From: Leptothoe kymatousa TAU-MAC 1615 | GTDB lineage: Bacteria > Cyanobacteriota > Cyanobacteriia > Phormidesmidales > Phormidesmidaceae | Reading direction: 5' to 3' | DNA: 64,000 nucleotides | NCBI RefSeq assembly: GCF_018739865.1 | Contig: NZ_JADOER010000004.1 | Coordinates: forward strand, 501,067-565,066 | In this document: piece by piece, positions 60,280 through 64,000 of the stretch | Layout: every line of letters begins with the position of its first letter | Position numbering within the stretch: the first letter of the stretch is position 1 | Program-made: the position numbers and the translations under genes | The notes under the pieces: generated by a model | Seen by the model: only the letters and a program-made list of their open reading frames with translations | Databases searched by the model: none | Told to the model about the DNA's origin: nothing

Positions 60280-61449
60280 CTAAAAAACATCGGCGGGGTC
60301 GGTGGTTTGGACTTTGCGCACTGCGATCGCGCCCGACACCAAGCACATGACAAAGGTGGCCAGCAGCAGGTTAATCACGCGGGCCGCCGTCATCTGAAAA
60401 AATAGCCCCGTGGCGTTGCCTGCGGCCTGGTACAGCAGCTGACTGACCAATACCCCCGGAATAAACCCCAGCACCGACAAAATTACCGCCTCCTGCATCA
60501 CCACCCCCAGCAAATAAATATTTTTGTAGCCCATGGCCTTTAGGGTGGCATATTCCGCCCAGTGATCGGCCACATCCGTATAGAGAATCTGGTACACCAA
60601 AATGATGCCAACAAAAAAACCCATGCTGGTGAGTAACGAGAACACAAATCCAATGTTGGTATTCTCCTGCCAGTATTTGCGCTCACGGATAACAAACCCG
60701 TTTTCGCCATCGCGGGCCAACACCAACACATCGTTAGGAAGATTCTCCTGCAGGGTTTTGACAATGCGTTCCACATTGGCCCCTGGTTCGAGCTTCAGCA
60801 CGCCCACATCCACGGTGGCAAAGCTACGCTCCACTTCTTCTGGTCCGCGGTCGGCAAAGTAGCGCAAAAAGTTTTGATCGCTCATCAACAGGTTGCCGTT
60901 GCCCGACGCGAAATCAGTGCCCATGGTAAAGGTGCCCACCAGTCGAATGTGGCGATCGGCCAGTTCTGTTATCACCCCCGCTTCTATGGGGCCCACTTCG
61001 GCTCGAGATTGGGTATCCATCAGGGCCGTTTCCGGTAGCCTCAGCGCCTGACGGTGGGTGTCTAGTTCTGGAATGTTCAGCACCGGTTCATCGGGGTTGA
61101 TGGCAATCACGCGCACTACGCGAGATTTGCGCGTGTCTGGATTTTTCCAATTTACCTCGCTGATGTAGACCGCATAGGCATTTTGTACCCCGTCAAAGGC
61201 GCGGGCCTGGTATAGCCTGCGCCGAGCAAAGGCCCGCGGCACAAACATGTTGGTGCGCAACCGGTTGACAATAATCACTTCGCCGTTAAATCTGTTGAGC
61301 AGCTGCAGCTGACTGTCGTATAGGGCATTCATAAACCCGTTGAACATAAACATCAGTAGGACGGCAAAGCCCACCCCGGCCAGGGATGTGGCAAAGCGAC
61401 GACGGTCGTGGATAAGATTGAGCCAGGCGAGGGGGATGCGTTTAGCCAT
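60280..61449 (-). CDS. devC: ABC exporter permease, DevC/FtsX family (copy 2)
   Basis: 389 aa. N-terminal TM, a large periplasmic domain, then a C-terminal FtsX-type 3-TM bundle. Confidence 0.75.
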   Translation of the reverse strand: MAKRIPLAWLNLIHDRRRFATSLAGVGFAVLLMFMFNGFMNALYDSQLQLLNRFNGEVIIVNRLRTNMFVPRAFARRRLYQARAFDGVQNAYAVYISEVNWKNPDTRKSRVVRVIAINPDEPVLNIPELDTHRQALRLPETALMDTQSRAEVGPIEAGVITELADRHIRLVGTFTMGTDFASGNGNLLMSDQNFLRYFADRGPEEVERSFATVDVGVLKLEPGANVERIVKTLQENLPNDVLVLARDGENGFVIRERKYWQENTNIGFVFSLLTSMGFFVGIILVYQILYTDVADHWAEYATLKAMGYKNIYLLGVVMQEAVILSVLGFIPGVLVSQLLYQAAGNATGLFFQMTAARVINLLLATFVMCLVSGAIAVRKVQTTDPADVF

Positions 61450-61457
61450 AGTCCCTC

Positions 61458-62603
61458 CTAAAAAATCTCGGCTGGGTCAGCCGTAATTGCTTTGCGTACG
61501 GAAATAAGACCCGACAAACAACACATCAAGAGGGTGAGTCCCAACACAAAAATGACCCGGCCTCCGTTCATGGCGACGGGCAAGGTGCCAGCGGTGGCCT
61601 TGGCGGTGAGGTGATATAGGCCTAGGGCCGCCGCTAACCCTGGCAAGTAGCCCAGCACAGCTAACAAAATGGCTTCTTGTAAAACAATTTTGAACAGATA
61701 CCGAGAGCGGTAGCCCATGGCCTTCATGGTGGCGTACTCTGGCAGATGATCGCGAATGTCGGTGAACAGAATTTGATAAACAATGACGGCTCCGACAACA
61801 AAGGAGACGACAACTCCCATGCTGAAAATAAAGCCGATGGAGGTGGCCTCTAGCCAGTAGGTGGCATCGTGGTCAATCATGCCGGGTTTGGTATACACTG
61901 CCACATCCGCTGGCAATAGGCTGTCCATTGTTTCTGCCACTTTTTCTGGGGAGACTGCGGCATTGACCTGAATCAGCCCCATGTTGATGAGATTCAGGGG
62001 GCGAGGTTTGAGGTAGCGTACAAAGTTTTGGTCGCTCATGATCAGGGTGCCGTCGGCGGCAAAGCCGCCCCCCAGGGTATAGGTGCCGCCAATGGTGGCC
62101 TGACGCCGGTCGGCTTCGGTGGTGGTGCCGATGTCCTGGGGGCCAAACTCTGGGCGGGAGAGCCGGTCAAAGAAAACGGTGTTGGGGCGACTGAGGATGC
62201 GCCGGGCCTCGTCTCCCTGGAGTTCGGGCATGAGAAAAACGGGATCGTTGGGATTAACGCCGTAGGAGAAAATGGCGCGACTCACCCCTGTTTCTGGATT
62301 GCGCCACAGTAAATACTCGCTGTAAAGCGGCATGATGCGCTCTACACCATCGATGCCGGCTACCTGGTAAATGCGCTCCCGTGGAAATGCGGTGGAGGTA
62401 CTAATTTCTAGGGTTTCGGTGGAAATTATAAAAAGATCTGCATTGAACTGTTCGTAAAAGTTGGTGGCGGTGGAGATCAAGGCTCCCATAAAGCCGAGGT
62501 TCATGAAAATGAGAATGACGGCAAAGGCCACCCCTGAGATCGCAACCAATAATCGGGTGCGCTCGTGCAATAAGTTGGACCAAGCCACCGATACCCTAGC
62601 CAT
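61458..62603 (-). CDS. devC: ABC exporter permease, DevC/FtsX family (copy 1). Paralogue of the adjacent gene
   Basis: 381 aa, collinear with the other DevC copy (MSDQNF(L/V)RY, YATLKAMGY…, ADPAE(I/V)F). Confidence 0.75.
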   Translation of the reverse strand: MARVSVAWSNLLHERTRLLVAISGVAFAVILIFMNLGFMGALISTATNFYEQFNADLFIISTETLEISTSTAFPRERIYQVAGIDGVERIMPLYSEYLLWRNPETGVSRAIFSYGVNPNDPVFLMPELQGDEARRILSRPNTVFFDRLSRPEFGPQDIGTTTEADRRQATIGGTYTLGGGFAADGTLIMSDQNFVRYLKPRPLNLINMGLIQVNAAVSPEKVAETMDSLLPADVAVYTKPGMIDHDATYWLEATSIGFIFSMGVVVSFVVGAVIVYQILFTDIRDHLPEYATMKAMGYRSRYLFKIVLQEAILLAVLGYLPGLAAALGLYHLTAKATAGTLPVAMNGGRVIFVLGLTLLMCCLSGLISVRKAITADPAEIF

Positions 62604-62605
62604 GG

Positions 62606-63790
62606 TTAGCTTGCTCCGGCTCCAGACTTAATATCGATCAGCACATCCACCTGGAGATTGGTCAGTGTGGCCACCGCGTCATCTTGATCTACGGCAATGC
62701 GCACTTCCACAATGCGGGCATCGGCATTGGCCGCTGGGTCATCATCTAGCACGTCATTTTTGAAAATTTGCAGGCCAATGGATTCTACGGTGCCGCTCAG
62801 TTCTCCTTCAAAGGCCCCGTTGCGACTGGTAATGGTTGCTGTTTGTCCTGTTTTTACTAACCCCACATCGGTTTCATAGACTTCGGCCACTACGTACATT
62901 TCTTCGGTATTGCCCATGGACAGTAAGCGGTTGTCGTTGACCGCTTCTCCGGGACGCACATAGATATCTAAAATTTGGCCCGTCGAAGGAGCCTTAATAA
63001 CGGCTCGATTGAGGCGGGCATCGGCCAGGGCTAAATTTTGTTGGGCGGTATCCACCCCAGCGGTCACCGCAGAAAGTTCTAGATCGGCTTCTGCCATGGA
63101 AACTTGGGCCGCGGCATTATCTAAGGCGGTTGCCCTGGCTAATTCCAACTGGATTTTGGTGGCATTAGCATTGGCCACTTGGTTTATGAGTTCGTCGACT
63201 TCTGTCTGTTGCCGATCAAATTCTTGCTGGGTGACAGCGCCCTGGCCCAAAAGATCGGCAAAGCGATCGCGGTCGGTTTGCGCGAGTTCTAATCGCGCTT
63301 CTAAACTTTTGATTTCTGCAGTTTGGGCGGCAATGGCTTGCAGCTGGGGCTGATCAATCTGTCCGGCTTGGGTATTGGCCTCGGCGATCCGGGCGGCGCC
63401 TAAGCTGCGCTCAGCCCCTAGCTTGCGTTGGGCTTCTATGACCTGGCTGGCGGCATAATCGCGCTCGGCTTTGCGGACCTCGTACATGTCTAGCTCGGCG
63501 AGCACCTGGCCCGTTTCCACCTGGCTGCCCTCTTGCACCAGCATTCTGGCTAAAATGCCAGATTCTGCAGCGGCAATATCAATCACTTCATCCTTGGGCT
63601 CAATGCGCCCTAGGGCGGCCACATCCACCCGAGCCGGTGGTGGTTTTGCGGCTTCTTCTAGGGCCGCTTGCCTAGACCGTTGCGCCGATCGCAGGGCTAA
63701 CAATGATGCACCGCCCACCAATAAAAGTAGTGCGATTGCGATCCATACACTAGTTTTTTTGAGGGGACTTTGAGCAGACTGGGTCACCAT
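62606..63790 (-). CDS. devB: ABC exporter membrane fusion protein, DevB/HlyD family
   Basis: N-terminal TM, long coiled coils, a C-terminal beta-domain. First gene of the devB-devC-devC-devA operon. Confidence 0.75.
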   Translation of the reverse strand: MVTQSAQSPLKKTSVWIAIALLLLVGGASLLALRSAQRSRQAALEEAAKPPPARVDVAALGRIEPKDEVIDIAAAESGILARMLVQEGSQVETGQVLAELDMYEVRKAERDYAASQVIEAQRKLGAERSLGAARIAEANTQAGQIDQPQLQAIAAQTAEIKSLEARLELAQTDRDRFADLLGQGAVTQQEFDRQQTEVDELINQVANANATKIQLELARATALDNAAAQVSMAEADLELSAVTAGVDTAQQNLALADARLNRAVIKAPSTGQILDIYVRPGEAVNDNRLLSMGNTEEMYVVAEVYETDVGLVKTGQTATITSRNGAFEGELSGTVESIGLQIFKNDVLDDDPAANADARIVEVRIAVDQDDAVATLTNLQVDVLIDIKSGAGAS

Positions 63791-63898
63791 GGGGGGCGTT
63801 TGTTCCTCTGCTGTTGAGATGGGTAAAAATACACAAGCTGATGTAGCTAGTGTAGATCTTCTACCAAAAAATATGGGCTAGTGATCGGTGATTCGGTG

Positions 63899-63990
63899 CA
63901 TGATTATGGGCCTTGGTCCCCCATGATTATGGACCTTAGTCCCCCATGATTATGGGCATTGGTGCCCCATGGTCATGGGCCTTAGTCCCC
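63899..63990. repeat. Four tandem copies of an about 23-bp unit (CCATGATTATGGGCCTTRGTCCC, degenerate) upstream of devB at the window edge
   Basis: Read directly. The array may continue beyond the window. Confidence 0.8.
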
Positions 63991-64000
63991 CATTAAATTC

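Overview
This window looks like a cyanobacterial chromosome segment of about 52% GC. The reasons are roughly 25 copies of the HIP1 octamer GCGATCGC, a DevBCA-type exporter, a phycobilisome-linker-domain protein, an NrdJ class II ribonucleotide reductase and an hps-like polysaccharide/pseudopilin locus. No rRNA, tRNA or CRISPR array was found.

About 55 protein genes are called. On the minus strand from the left edge: a fused molybdate ABC permease/ATPase (ModBC, partial), ModA and a membrane protein. Then follow a phosphodiester glycosidase, a solo NACHT STAND NTPase, a YHS-like lipoprotein, two tandem paralogous GT-C-like polytopic membrane proteins, an outer-membrane beta-barrel, a divergent transketolase-family enzyme, an FAD oxidoreductase and a GGDEF diguanylate cyclase.

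Next comes a largely non-coding, accessory-looking stretch that holds a tandem array of four small peptide genes. A TpsA-like (filamentous-haemagglutinin N-terminal domain) exoprotein and a tiny acidic repeat protein follow. After these come an RND pump with its adaptor and a divergent PadR regulator, a PBS-linker-domain protein, an NfeD/flotillin/mini-ORF/flotillin operon and NrdJ.

The hps-like region has three family 2 glycosyltransferases (GT2) and two sulfotransferases. htpG and rpmB interrupt it. It continues with a 1509-aa HpsA-like giant protein followed by four prepilin-type pseudopilins. The right end carries a class II aldolase convergent with mtnA, a TauE/SafE exporter, an EF-G paralogue, a YbjN-domain gene and a devB-devC-devC-devA operon.

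The most interesting unexplained signal is the four-gene peptide array at 20.2-21.35 kb. Each peptide has a conserved leader-like N-terminus (LWQPLTxxQQE...GG) and a hypervariable Arg-rich tail ending in RRG. This resembles double-glycine-leader bacteriocin or RiPP (ribosomally synthesised, post-translationally modified peptide) precursor cassettes, but no cognate peptidase-containing ABC transporter (PCAT) or modification enzyme is in the window.

Other notable items are a 93-nt mini-ORF between the two flotillin paralogues that duplicates the flotillin N-terminal TM helix with TAATG overlaps on both sides, the arrangement of the hps-like pseudopilin/sulfotransferase locus, the solo NACHT NTPase and several strong hairpins and tandem repeats.
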